Of a DNA stretch of 64,000 nucleotides, positions 10,503-23,000 are shown in pieces. Origin of the DNA: Geosiphon pyriformis uo1 (taxonomy: Eukaryota > Fungi > Glomeromycota); the NCBI GenBank assembly GCA_016748015.1, contig JAAOMT010000096.1, positions 1 to 64,000 on the forward strand, given 5' to 3'. Both the position numbers and the translations under genes were made by a program. The notes beneath the pieces were generated by a model, which ran no database searches, had not been told where the DNA came from, and saw nothing but the letters and a program-made list of their open reading frames with translations. Within the stretch, counting starts at the first letter, position 1. Every line of letters starts with the position of its first letter.

Positions 10503-13500
10503 TTATACTTGATTTTTGTTAATCATTTGAGTCAGTATTACTACAACAGACAACCAATCAGGTCATTTGTAATATTTCTTGAGTTGTGTGCCATAAACAG
10601 ATTGATCATTAAAGATTGTTCCAGATTGATCTTAAAGAATATAAAAACCATTGTTCAAAACTTTGTTGACTATAAAGAGTCCTTTCCACTGGCTAGAGAA
10701 TTTATCACTATAGACATTGTCTCTGTCTGAACAGTATTCTAATACCAAGTTACCAACACTTAAAAAAAGTGTTTTATAGGTTTTCTTCTTTTTAAGCTTT
10801 TCTTATAATTGTTTTATCTTTTCAAAAGCAACTATTTGTGCTTCTACCAATGAGTCAAGAATGGTACCAAGTCTTCTTTGCAAAATGTCTTTGTAATTTG
10901 CTATTGTAATCTCTTTAAAGGGTATTGTCTCAATGTCAGTTTCTATTGGTAGTGTTGCCATGCATTCATAGAGCAGATAAAAAAGTTCATAACTTGTTAT
11001 GTCATGATTTACAGTTCTATAAGCAAATAAAGCTGAAGGCAGTACTTTGTCCCATAAGTTTGTTTCTTCACTTGTTTTGGCTAAAGCTTCACACAGTGTT
11101 CTATTGAAATGTTCTACTAGACCATTTGTTTAGGGATAATAAGAGGAGAAAAGTTTGTGATGTATTTCTATTTTTCTACAAAGTTCTTCAACCAGTATAC
11201 TGAGAAAAGCTTTTCCTCTATTAGATAAAAGTTCTCTGGAGCAGCCATGATGGCAGATAATATCTTCATAAATGAAATTTGCTATTGAAACTGCTGTTTG
11301 GTCTGAAGTGGCTCTTGCTTTTACCCACTTTGTAAGATATTTGGTAGCTGTGATAATGTATCTGTTGCCAACAGAGGTTATTATTAAGAGTCCAACAACA
11401 TCTATACCAATTCTGTCAAATAATTGGCCAACAAAAATTGGATGGATATCTTCTTTTCTATTGGGTTTTCCTCTTCTTTGGCAGATATCACAGGTTTTAA
11501 TGTACTCAGCAATGTCTTTTTCTAAGATAGGCCAATAATAGCGAGCTAAAGTTTTCTGAATTGTTTTTGTTTTTCCAAAGTGTCCAGCTAATGGATCAGT
11601 GTGCATATTATAGATTACAATTTCTCTTTTTTCAAATCTTATGACTTTCTGGGAATGGTCAGGATCTTTTCTGTTTCTTTTGTATAGTTGGTTTTGGTGG
11701 ATCAAATAGAAATTTGATTGTTTGTGCAAATGTTCTCTTTGCTGTCAATTGTATTCTGGTGGGTATTGTCCTTTACCCAAAAATTCCATTAAGGCAGAGT
11801 AGTTGTCCAAGTCCATTATCGTGTTTAGTTGTAAGAAAATTACTAATAATTAGGTTGGTTTGGTTTGAGATAGTTGTACTGTCATTGGATGATAAGTTTA
11901 GAGAGAGCGTCAGTGTTTTGATAATGTGCTCCTTTGTAATATTAAATGTTATAATCGAATTTGTCCAAGTGGAGTATCCAGCAAGTTATTCTTTTATGTT
12001 CCAGCTTCTTTTTGTTGCATAACCAAACCAAAGCTTGGTAATCTGTTACCACCAAAAACTTTATCCCCAGGAGATACTTATTCCAGTAACTGGTAGCCCA
12101 GACTACTGCTAAGCATTCCTGCTCAGTAATTGAATAGTTCTGTTCTGCTGGTGTAAGGATTCTACTGACATATGCTATTGCATGTTCTCTGTCATCTTCA
12201 TCTTTTTGTAACAGAACAGTACTAAGTTTATAACCAAATGCATCAGTATAAAAGATAAAAGGTTGATCCAGATCAGGTTGCTTAAGAATAGGTTCTGTAA
12301 CCAATTTTTTTTTGAGAGTTTCAAATGCTTTCTGCTGATGTGTATCCCAGTGGTAATTAACATTTTTTTTAAGTAGCTAATTGAGTGGAGAGGCGATTTT
12401 GGAAAAATCCTTAACAAATTTCCAATAATAAAAAGCCAAACCAAAGAAAGAGCGCAGTTCATGAACATTCATTGGTTGTCTAATGTTCTGGACTTTTTCA
12501 ACCTTGGCTGAGTCAGGAAAGATTCCATCCTTTATAATAAGATGGCCAAGAAATTGGGTTGATTGCTGTCCAAAGAAAGATTTGATTGGGTTTATCTTAA
12601 GGCCAGCATTTCTAAGAAGGTCAAAAACCTTTTGCAAATGTTTAAGATGTTCATCCCAAGTTTTTAAGTATACTATTATGTCATCCAAATAAACCAGAAC
12701 AAAGTTTTCTTTTACTGATTCAAATACTTTATCTATTAAGTGTTGAAAGATAGGAGGGGCATTGGTGAGACCAAAAAGCATGACTGTGAATTTATTGGTG
12801 CCATACTTGGTAATAAAGGCGGTTTTCTTTCAGCTTTCTGGATTCATCTCTACTTGCCAAAATCCAGCAGTTAGATCAATGGTTGAAAAGAAAGCAGCAC
12901 TCTTGAATTGATCTAGCATTGCATTAATTTCGGGAAGTAGGTACATGTCTTTTTCAGTAATGGCATTTAATTGGCAATAATCAACACAGAAGTGCAGAGT
13001 TCTACCTTTCTTGGATACCACTATAACTGGAAAAGCCCATTCACTCTTGGTTTTTTGTATGAATCTAAGATCTTTTATTTGTTTTATTTCTTTCTTAATG
13101 AATTCATTATTGCAATAATTGGATTGATATGGCTTTAGATAGATGGGGTGAGTTTCTCTGGTGGTGATGGTGTGTTATATCACATGAATTTGTCCAGGGA
13201 TATTATCTTCTTTTGAGATAACTGGGCTGTTTCTAGCCAGCAGATTTTCAATGTCTATTTTTCTTTCTTCAGAAGAAGGTTTTTTTTGTTTTATAACTAG
13301 TGATTAAATCTTAGGTGGTTTATTTTCAAAAGACTTTTGGACTTCTTTCAATTCTTCTTTAAGTATCAAACTGATTGGTTCCCAATCTTTATAATAAATT
13401 AGGCATGATTTGCATTCATTCACTTGGAGAATACAAGAGTTGATTGCACCAGCACTAGGCACAAAGACCATGTCACCAATAACAGTACTTGGCTTTTTTG

Positions 13501-14567
13501 CCAGGTTTTTGGTCAAAGGTTCTTCTAAGGATATCATAGTAGAGCCAGCAGATCAGCTTGCCATTCACAATGATTTCCTTTCTATCAGCTTTAACATTGT
13601 CTAGTGGCTTGCCATTGCTGGTGAAGATGGTGTATATGAGTTCAGCAGTTTCTTCTTGTTCATCTTTTTCATCACTCTCTTCATCATCTGATTCCTCTGA
13701 TTGCTCATCTTCTTGATTTTGTTTGGTTGCTGGAGGAGTTGTCCAATGACGACATTTAACCACAATGGGTTTTTTACCATATCTTATAATTAGCTCACAA
13801 AGTTCATAGTCGAGTAAGGCTTTTGCTTTCTTGAGCCACTTATTGCCAACAATGATGGTGTATTCTTTAGCTTCAGAAACTTCCATGTCAGTTTCAATAC
13901 TGATGCCATTAATGTGGACAGGAATAGCTTTGGCAATGCCCAGACCTTTTTTCTTGTTACCATGTACGTTGGTCATTAGTCGGGTGGAAGGCTCATCAAT
14001 TTTTCTGCCAATTGCTTCAAAGAAGTGTTTGGCAATTACACTAACAGATAATCCACTGTCTAGGATCAAGTTAATGAAATAACCAGCCACTTGTGCTTTG
14101 CAAATTAGAGGAGTAATATTGCTGTTGTCAACAAGTCCAGCTTGGCAAGAGCATTTATTGGTCTTTGGTGTTTTCTTTTTGAAGATTAGAGATTTGTGGA
14201 GATCTTTTCTGAACTGTGGATGGGTTATTAACTGGCCAAAGGTAATGTGTGCTGGGGTTTCTATGAGATCTTTAACAACAGAATAGGGTCCAGATTTTTG
14301 TACAATTTCTGGGGGTTCCAACTTTGAAGAGTTCTTAAAAACTTTGGCTTTTGGTGGCTCATTGTTATCAGCAGTGGAAGTTGAGGCTTTGTTGGGATCT
14401 AGAACGAAATCAACCTTAGCTTTTTTCTTTTTTCTGGTTGATTCAGAAGTGTTGATTGCTAATTCATCGATGTTATGATTATCATTAGCTAAGTTAAAAG
14501 CAAAAAAAGAGTTTTCTTCTGGTTGGCTTGTACTCTCACCCTTTAGAGGTGTGCCTACCAGTTTAAA
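10503..14567 (-). pseudogene. Pol (PR-RT-RNase H-IN), decayed
   Basis: ILDSG protease; YLDD RT (12377-12781); TDA...EQECLAVVWA RNase H; HHCC and DDE integrase (11130-11729); GPF-type motif; no chromodomain. Confidence 0.9.
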
Positions 14568-16108
14568 GGCTGATAGACTGTGGCTTTAACTAGAGGATCC
14601 TCTCCAAAAAAATTGATGTTGGCATGGTTGGGTCTTTGATTGGGAGCATTATTGTTGATGGGTCTATTGTTTTGATTGTTATTATTTCTGAGGACTGGAA
14701 GAGATAAAGGAGGATTGTTGCAATCTTTTGAGAAATGTTCAGTTAATTCACATCTATAACATATAGGAGGACCACGATTTTGCTGTCTTTGATAAGGAGG
14801 TTGCTGGGGCTAATTAAAACGTGGTTCATATCTGGTTCTTTGTGATTGTTGGTTATCTCTAACTGCTTGTGCCAAAGATTCTAATAACTGGGCAAGATTG
14901 GCTATAAGTTTATTAATTAATTGTTTATTTGGATCTTGAGTTTGGACAGCAAAAGAGACAGCAGCCATTTGAGGGGCAGGAGCCATAACAGGAGCAGGAG
15001 CAAAAACTGGAAGTGTAGATCCCAAATGTATTCTTTGGTTGTCTTCAATTTGTTGGGCAAGTTCAATGGCCATGTTCATTGTAGGATTGTCTTTTAGGGC
15101 CAAGAGAGGCCAAAGAGCATAAAATAAATCGGTTCTCAATTCTTTTGTGAAGGAATGAATCTTTTGCTTTTCTGTCCAATTTTTTCCAGAGTTTACACAC
15201 TTGATTAACTTTCTGATTGCTTTAGCATATTCAGTTACAATTTCACCAGGGCCTTGAGTTCTTCTTTCTAATTCCATGTACTACTTGGATATCAAGATTG
15301 GAGTTCTGAACTTGTTTTCAAACCAGATTGTGAAAGAGGTGTTGTTTTCTTTGGCATTTGTTGGCATCCATCTAATGATTTTTTGATGGGCATTAGCATC
15401 AGTTTTCTGTGAAAACCAGGTAGCAGGAGAGCCTTGGAGGTAGCCACCAACAATTTGAAACTTGTACTCATCATCATATTGGTTAGTTGTAGCAGCTCTT
15501 TTAAAGTCATTTAACTATTCAATTGGATCTTGTGTATTGCTTCTGAATAATAGTAGTGGGGTGTTGTTTTTTCATCCCAAAGCAGTTTGTATGTCTTGGA
15601 GGGTGGCCAGGATGTTTGCTTGCATTGGATCTTGGGCCATTGGTTCAGGAGTTACTGTTTGTGTAGAGTGCTTTGATTCACTTAAGAAGAGATCAAAAAT
15701 AGAAGCTGTTTGGTAGCTTTCTTTTTCTGTTTCAAGAGAAGTTACTGTTGATTGATAGTCAGCAATCCAAATGTGGATTTGATGATTCAGATATTCGAGA
15801 TCAGGGGGCTGTTGTTCAAAGGTTGTAGAATATAAGAGCTGATTGATACTGTTGTTTCTTTCTTTAAAGTCATCTTTAAAATAAGCTTGATCAAAGTAAT
15901 AAGTTGTATAAGTCATGTAGGTTTCAGCTAAATGTTCATTCAGGAACCAGTTTCAAAAGTCTTGGAATTGTCTGCTAGATTGTTCTTCAATGGAGAAGCA
16001 AATCAAGCAGGAGGGCAAAGGATTGAGTTCAATAAAGTCTAGATTATTTTTGTTGTGTGCTTTAAAGTGTTCTTCTGATTGTTGTGGCAGGTATGAATAA
16101 TCACCCAT
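14555..16108 (-). pseudogene. Gag, decayed
   Basis: ATG GGT GAT start at 16108; capsid fragments 14810-15916; TAG after YQPLNW. Confidence 0.88.
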
Positions 16109-16137
16109 ATAATAGGAAACAAAGTGGATTTTGACAA

Positions 16138-16154
16138 CCTCACAGAGAGCACCA
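16138..16154 (-). promoter_or_regulatory. Primer-binding site TGGTGCTCTCTGTGAGG, 6 nt from the LTR; fits elongator tRNA-Met (tRNA-Ile(UAU) has a similar 3' end)
   Basis: TGG start complementary to CCA; sister copy TGGTGCTTCCTGTGAGG at 23188-23204; tRNA identity from remembered eukaryotic tRNA 3' ends. Confidence 0.75.
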
Positions 16155-17007
16155 CTTTTATGTTATGGGTTGGAGTAACAAGCTAACAGATAGCAAGAGA
16201 AAACAGGATTGTAGAGTGATGGAAATAATCAAAGAGGAATTCAACTTCAAAGAGCAAATTGAATAAGTATGAATTCAATGTGGAAGATTAGTCTCATAAA
16301 ATATCTCAGTCGCTATTCTTTTTAAAGGTAACTGGGGAATCTGAAGATAGAGGGATAGTCTGTACTATCAACAATTGATCACCACTGTTATAATTTTATG
16401 CCTCACATCAGCACTCTTAGAATTCAATATCAGGTATTAACTTGTGCTTTTCAGTTACATTTATTCAAATAATCTTCAAATGCTACAATTATATATATCA
16501 GGAAAAGGCCAACAAGTAATTTTTTATCTTTAAGATGTTTAGATACTTGAAGGTAGAGAAAGGGAAATTAGTAATAAGAGAAGAATTGAGATGAAAGTTG
16601 TTATTTTATTTATTCTTGATTATTCAGATGCTTGTTATTACATGTTTTTCTACAGTTAAGAGATTCATTACTTATATAGCTATCAAAAGTGGTCAATGAT
16701 TAGGTCAATGATTAGGTCAATAATCAGGTCAATGATCAGGTCATTGATCAGGTTATTAATCAGGTCAATGATCACTTTCTAAAAATAGTGTGGCTAATTA
16801 TATGACATCAGTGGCTAATACATATGATAATTAATAAGAAGTATAGATCTTAACTGTAACAATATACTACTTAATAATAAGAATTATGAAAATAATTTCA
16901 TGTTAATTAATAGCTAAAATTCCACTGGTAACAGTGGATAGACTTTAGAAGAAATTAAACAGAAGAGCAGAAAATTCACTTTTTCACAAAAGAATTAAAA
17001 ACTAGAT

Positions 17008-20000
17008 AGAGTGTATAATACTTGAGGCAAAATAAGCTTTGTATTCAAGAGACCAAATCTTTGTATAAGAGTTTTGGCTCTTCTTGCAATGATCAAAACT
17101 CTTGGGATATCTAAATATATAATGCCCAAAATTTCCACTTGTATCTCTGAAGTTGTTTTCTTTATGAGCTTCATTTCTTCTATGATTTTACCAAGATGAC
17201 CATAGAGTTCTAGTTGTCTTCCATATGACAAGTTTTTGTTTATGGACAAGATTTTCTTAATCATTTTTCCAATTGTCATAGAAGATGTAAGTATTGCTGC
17301 TGTTATGCTTTTCAGCAAATACTTATCCATTTTGCTACCAATTCTTTCTCTTCTGGTAGTGGTTTTCTTTGGTCTAATAACAGTATGTGTTCCACTGTTA
17401 TTAGTTATGGTGGTTTGTTTTCCAATGGTCAGAGTAGCATTTGAATAATTTTTGATCCAGTACTCATGAAGAGTGTAGAAAGTGTTTTGAATGTTTTGAT
17501 CTAGGAAATAATTGTTCATGTCGATTAAAGATACCTCTGTTTTGGGAATGGTGTATTTATTTATATCTGATTTTTGTTGATCATTTGGGTTGGTATTACC
17601 ACAACAGGTAACCAATCAGGTCGTTTGTAATATTTTTTGAGTCGTGTGCTATGAACAGAGTGATCATTGAAAATTGTTCCATATTGATCTTGTAAGATAT
17701 AAGAACTATTGTTTAAAACTTTGTTGACTATAAAGGGTTCTTTCCACCAGCTAGAAAATTTATCACCATAGACATTGTTTTTGTCTGAATGGTATTCTAA
17801 AACTAAGTCTCCAACACTTAAAGAAAGTGTTTTATATGTTTTCTTTTTCTTAAGCTTCTCTTGGAATTGTTTTATCTTTTCAAAGACAATTATCCGTGCT
17901 TCTACTAATAAGTCAAAAATGGTACCAAGTCTTCTTTGCAAAATGTTTTTGTAATTCTTTATTGTTATTTTTTCAAAGGGTATTGTTTCAATGTCAGTTT
18001 CTATTGGTAGAGTTGTCATTCGTCCATAGAGTAGATAAAAGGGTTCATAACTTGTTATGTTATGATTTACAGTTCTATAAGCAAACAAGGCTGAAGGCAA
18101 TACTTTGTCCCATAAGTTTGTTTCTTTGCTGGTTTTGGCTAGGGTTTCACATAGTGTTCTATTGAAATGTTCCACTAGGCCATTTGTTTAGGGGTGATAA
18201 GAAGAGGAAAGTTTGTGGCATATTCCCATTTTTCTGCAAAGTTCTTCAACAAATGTACTGAGAAAAGCTCTTCCTCTGTCAGATAAAAGTTCTTTGGGGC
18301 AGCCATGGTGACAAATAATATCTTCATAAATAAAATTGGCTATTAAGACTACTGTTTGGTCTGGAGTGGCTCTTGCTTCTACCCACTTTATAAGATAGTC
18401 GGTAGCTGTGATAATGTATCTGTTGCCATTAGGAATTATTGTTAAAAATGCAACAACATCTATACCAATTCTGTCAAAGGGTTGACCAACAGAGATTGAA
18501 TGGATATCTTCTTTGCGATTGGGTTTTCCTTTTCTTTGGCAGATATCACAGGTTTTGATGTATTTAGCAATGTTTTTTCCCAAAGTAGACCAATAATAAC
18601 AAGCTAGAGTTTTCTGAATTGTTTTTGTTTTTCTAAAGTGTTCAGCTAATGAATCAGTGTGCATATTGTAGATCACAATTTCTCTTTTTTCAAATCTGAT
18701 GACTCTCTGGGAGTGGTCAGGATCTTTTCTATTTCTTTTATAAAGTTGGTTCTGGTGAATCAAATAAAAATTTGATTGTTTGTGCAAATGTTCTCTTTGT
18801 TATTGTGTGTATTTCAGTGGGTATTGTCTTTTACTCAAAAATTCTATTAAGGCAGAGTAATTGTCCAAGTCTATTATTGTGTTTGTCAAAAAAGGAGGAA
18901 TTACTAATAATTAAGTTGGTTTGGTTTGAGAGGGTTGTTCTGTCACTGGATGATAAGTCTGGAGAGAGCGTTGGCATTTTGATGATTAGCTCTTTTGCAA
19001 TGTTGAATATTATAGTCGAATTTATCCAAGTGGAATATCCAGCAAGTTATCCATTTGTGTTCTAGTCTCTTTTTGTTGTGCAGCCAAACCAAAGCTTGGT
19101 AATCTGTTACTACCAAAAACTTCACACCAAGAAGATATTTACTTCAGTAATTGGTAGACCATACTACTGCTAAGCATTCTTGTTCAGTAACTGAATAGTT
19201 CTACTGGCATAGACTATAACATGTTTTTTGCTATCTTCATCTTTCTGAGAGAGAACAGCACCAAGTCCAAAGCCAGATGCATCAGTGTGGAGAATAAAGG
19301 GTCGATCTAGATCAGGTTGCTTGAGGATGGGTTCTGTAACCAGTTTTTTCTTTAAAGTTTCAAAGGCTTTTTGCTGATGTGTTCCCCAATGGTAATTGAC
19401 ATTTTTCCTGAGTAGCTGATTGAGAGGAGAGGTGATTTTAGAGAAATTCTTGACAAATTTGCGATAATAAAAGGCCAAACCAAGAAAAAAGTGTAGTTCA
19501 TGAATGTTCATTGGTTGTTTGATGTTTTAGACTTTTTCAACTTTGGCTGGGTCAGGAAAAATTTCATCTTTTGTGATAAGATGATCAAGAAACTGGGTGG
19601 ATTGTTTTCCAAAGAAAGATTTGATTGGGTTGATCTTGAGGCCAGCATTTCTGAGAAGATCAAAAACTTTTTGCAAATGTTCCAGGTATTCATCCCAGGT
19701 TTTTGAGTATACCATTATGTCATTCAAATAGACTAGAACAAAGTTTTCCTTGACTGATTCAAATACTTTATCCATTAAGCATTGAAAGATGGGAGGGGCA
19801 TTGGTGAGACCAAAAGGCATGACTGTGAATTCATAGGTGCCATACTTGGTGATGAAAGCAGTTTTCTTTCTGCTTTCTGGATCCATCTTTACTTGCCAGA
19901 ATTCAGCAGTTAAGTCAATAGTTGAAAAGAAAGCAGCATCTTTGAATTGATCTAACATTGCATCAATCTTGAAAAGTGAGTACATGTTTCTTTCAGTGAT

Positions 20001-23000
20001 GGCATTTAATTGACAGTAGTTGACACAGAAGTGTAGTGTTCCACCTTTCTTGGATACCACTACAACTGGGAAAGCCCATTCACTCTTGGTTTTTTGTATG
20101 AATCCAAGTTCTTTTATCCGGTTTATCTCTTTCTTAATAAACTTATCATTGTGTTGATTGGATTGATAAGGCTTCAAATAGATAGGTTGAGTTTCTCTGG
20201 TGGTGATGGTGTGTTGTATCACATGAGTACATCCAGGAATATCACCTTCTTTGGAGATAACTAGGCTATTTCTAGCCAGTAAATTTTCAATGTCTATTTT
20301 TCTTTCTTCTGGGGAGAGTTCTTTTTGTTCTACAGCCAGTGATTGGATCTCAGATGGTTTATTCTCAAAGGACTTCTGTACTTCTTTCAATTCTTCTCTG
20401 GGTATCAAACTGATTGGTTCCCAATTTCTGTAATAGATCAGGCATGATTTGCATTCATCACTTGGAGAATACAAGGGTTTGTTGCACCAACACCAGGCAC
20501 AAGGACCATGCCACCAAAAACTGTATTTGGCTTTTTTGCCAGGTTTTTCTTCAAAGGTTCTTCTAAGAATATCATAATAAGGCCAGCAGATTAGCTTGCT
20601 ATTTACAATGATTCTTTCTTTGTCTGCTTTAACATTGTCCAGTGGTTTGCCATTGCTGGTAAAGGTAGTATAGACGAGTTCAGCAGTTTCTTCTTGCTTT
20701 TCTTGTTCTTCTTCTTTATTGCTCTCTTCATCATCTGATTCATCTGATTGTTCTTCTTCTTGGTTTTGTTTGGGTACAGGGAAAGTTGTCTAATGGTGAC
20801 ACTTAACCATAATGAGTTTTTCACCACATTTGATGGTTAATTCACAAAGTTCATAATCAAGCAAAGCTTTTGCTTTCTTGAGCCATTCATTGCCAACAAT
20901 GATAGTGTATTCCTTGGCTTCAGAAACTTCCATGTCAGTTTCAATGCTGATTCCATTGATGCGGACAAGAACAGCTTTGGCAATACCTAGTCCTTTTTTT
21001 TTGTCACTATGTACGTTAGTTATTGGTCTGGTGAAAGGTTTATCAATCTTTCTACCAATTGCTTCCAAGAAGTGTTTGGCAATGACACTAACAGATAATT
21101 TACTATCCAGAATTAAGTCAATAAAGTATTTAGCCACTTGGGCTTTACAAATCAGAGAGGTGACATTGCTGTTGTTAGCAAGTCCAACTTGGCGAGAGTG
21201 CTTATTGGTTTTTGGTGTTTTCTTCTTTGGAATCAAAGATTTGCAAAAATCCTTCCTAAACTGTGAGTGGGTCATTAACTGGCCAAAAGTAATATGTGCT
21301 GGGATTTCCATGAGATCTTTGACAATGAAATAGAGTCCAGATTTTTGTACAATTTCTGAGGGTTCCAACTTTGGAAGATTCTTAAAAACTTTAGCCTTTG
21401 GTGGCTCATTGTTATTAGTGGCAGAAGTTGAGGCTTTGTTGGAGTCTAGAACGAAATCAACCTTGGCTTTCTTTTTTTTTTTGGTTGGTTCTGAGGTGTT
21501 GATTGCTAGTTCATTCATGTCATGGTCATCATCAGTTAAGTTAAAAGTGTAAAAGGGGTTTTCTTCTAATTGGCTTGCACTCTCACTTTTTGGAAGTGCA
21601 TCTATCAGTTTAAAGGCTGATAAACAGTGGTTTCAACTAGGAGATCCTCTCCAAAGAAATTGATGTTGACATGATTGGATCTTTGATTGGGAGCATTATT
21701 GTTGTTGTTGGGTCTGTTGTTTTGGTTGTCATTGTTTCTGGGAGCTGGTGGAGGCAGTAGAGGATTGTTACAATCTCTTGAATAATGTCCAGTTAATCCA
21801 CAATGATAGCGCACAGGTGGGCCACAATTTTGCTGTCTTTGATAGGGAGGTTGCTGAGGCTGGTTAAAACAAGGTTCATATTTAGGTCTTGGTGGTTGCT
21901 GGTTATTTCTAACTGCTTGTGCCAACAGTTCTAATAACTGGACAAGGTTAGCTGTGAGTCTATCTATCAATTGTTTATTTGGGTCTTGGGTTTGGGCAGC
22001 AAAAGAAGTAGCAGCCACTTGAGAAGCAGGGGCCATGACAGGAGCAAGAGTGAAAATTGGAAGTGTGGATCCCAGATGCATCCTTTGGTTATCTTCAATT
22101 CTTTGGGTGAGTTCAATAGCTATATCTATTGTAGGATTGTCTTTTAGAGCCAAGAGAGACCAAAGAGCATAAGATAAGTCAGTTGTCAATCCTTTTGTAA
22201 AGGAATGAATCTTTTGTTCTTCTGTCCAGTTTCTTTTATAGTCTATATGCTTGATGAGTTTTCTGATTGCTTTGGCATATTCGGTCACAATTTCACCAGG
22301 ATCTTGGGTTCTTTTTTCTAATTCTATACACCATTTGGATATTAAGATGGGAGTTCTGAATTTGTTTTCAAACTGGGTAGTGAAAGAGGTATTGTTTTTT
22401 TCAATATTTGCTAGGGTCCATCTAACAATTTTTTGTTGAGCACCAGCATTGGTTTCTTGTGAAAACCAGATAGCAGGGGAGCCTTGGAGATAGCCACTAA
22501 CGATTTGGAACTTGTATTTATCATTATACTGGTTTGCAGTGGCTGTTCTTTCAAAATTGTCCAACTATTCAATTAGATCTTGGACATCACCTCTAAATAG
22601 GGGTAGTGGGGTGTTGTTTCTTTGTTTCAAAGCAGTTTGTATGCCTTGGAGGGTGGCCAGGATGTTTACTTGCATTGGATCTTGGACCATTGGTTCAAGA
22701 GTTACTGTTTGTGTGGAGTGTTCTGATTCACTTAAGAAGAGATCAAAAATAGGGACTGTTTGGTAGCTTTCTTCTTCTGTTTCAAGGGGAGTTACTGTTG
22801 ATTGATGGACAACAATCCAAATGTGAATTTGATAATTCAGATATTCGAAATCAGAGGGCTGTTGTTTAAAGGTTGTAGAATATAAGAGCTGATTGATACT
22901 GTTGTTTCTTTCTTCAAAGTTATCTTCAAAATAAGCTTGATCAAAGTAATAGGTTGTATAAGTTGTGTAGGTTTCAGCTGAATGCTCATTCAGGAACCAG

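Larger units (their letters stand above)
9122..16861 (-). mobile_element. Structurally complete but decayed family-A Ty3/gypsy element (7740 bp)
   Basis: 5' LTR 16161-16861, PBS 16138-16154, order gag-PR-RT-RH-IN, ORF3, PPT 9835-9845, 3' LTR 9122-9834, TSD ATAT on both sides. Confidence 0.95.
8224..16933 (-). mobile_element. Family-B solo LTR (8224-9121 plus 16862-16933), split by a full-length A element
   Basis: TGTTATC...GGTAACA termini, 4-bp TSD GTGG (8220-8223 and 16934-16937); the joined halves match the LTR at 25264-26145. Confidence 0.9.

Noticed and set aside
17561-17700. Chromodomain at the integrase C-terminus
   Set aside because: The frame ends shortly after RLKKYY with no chromodomain motif
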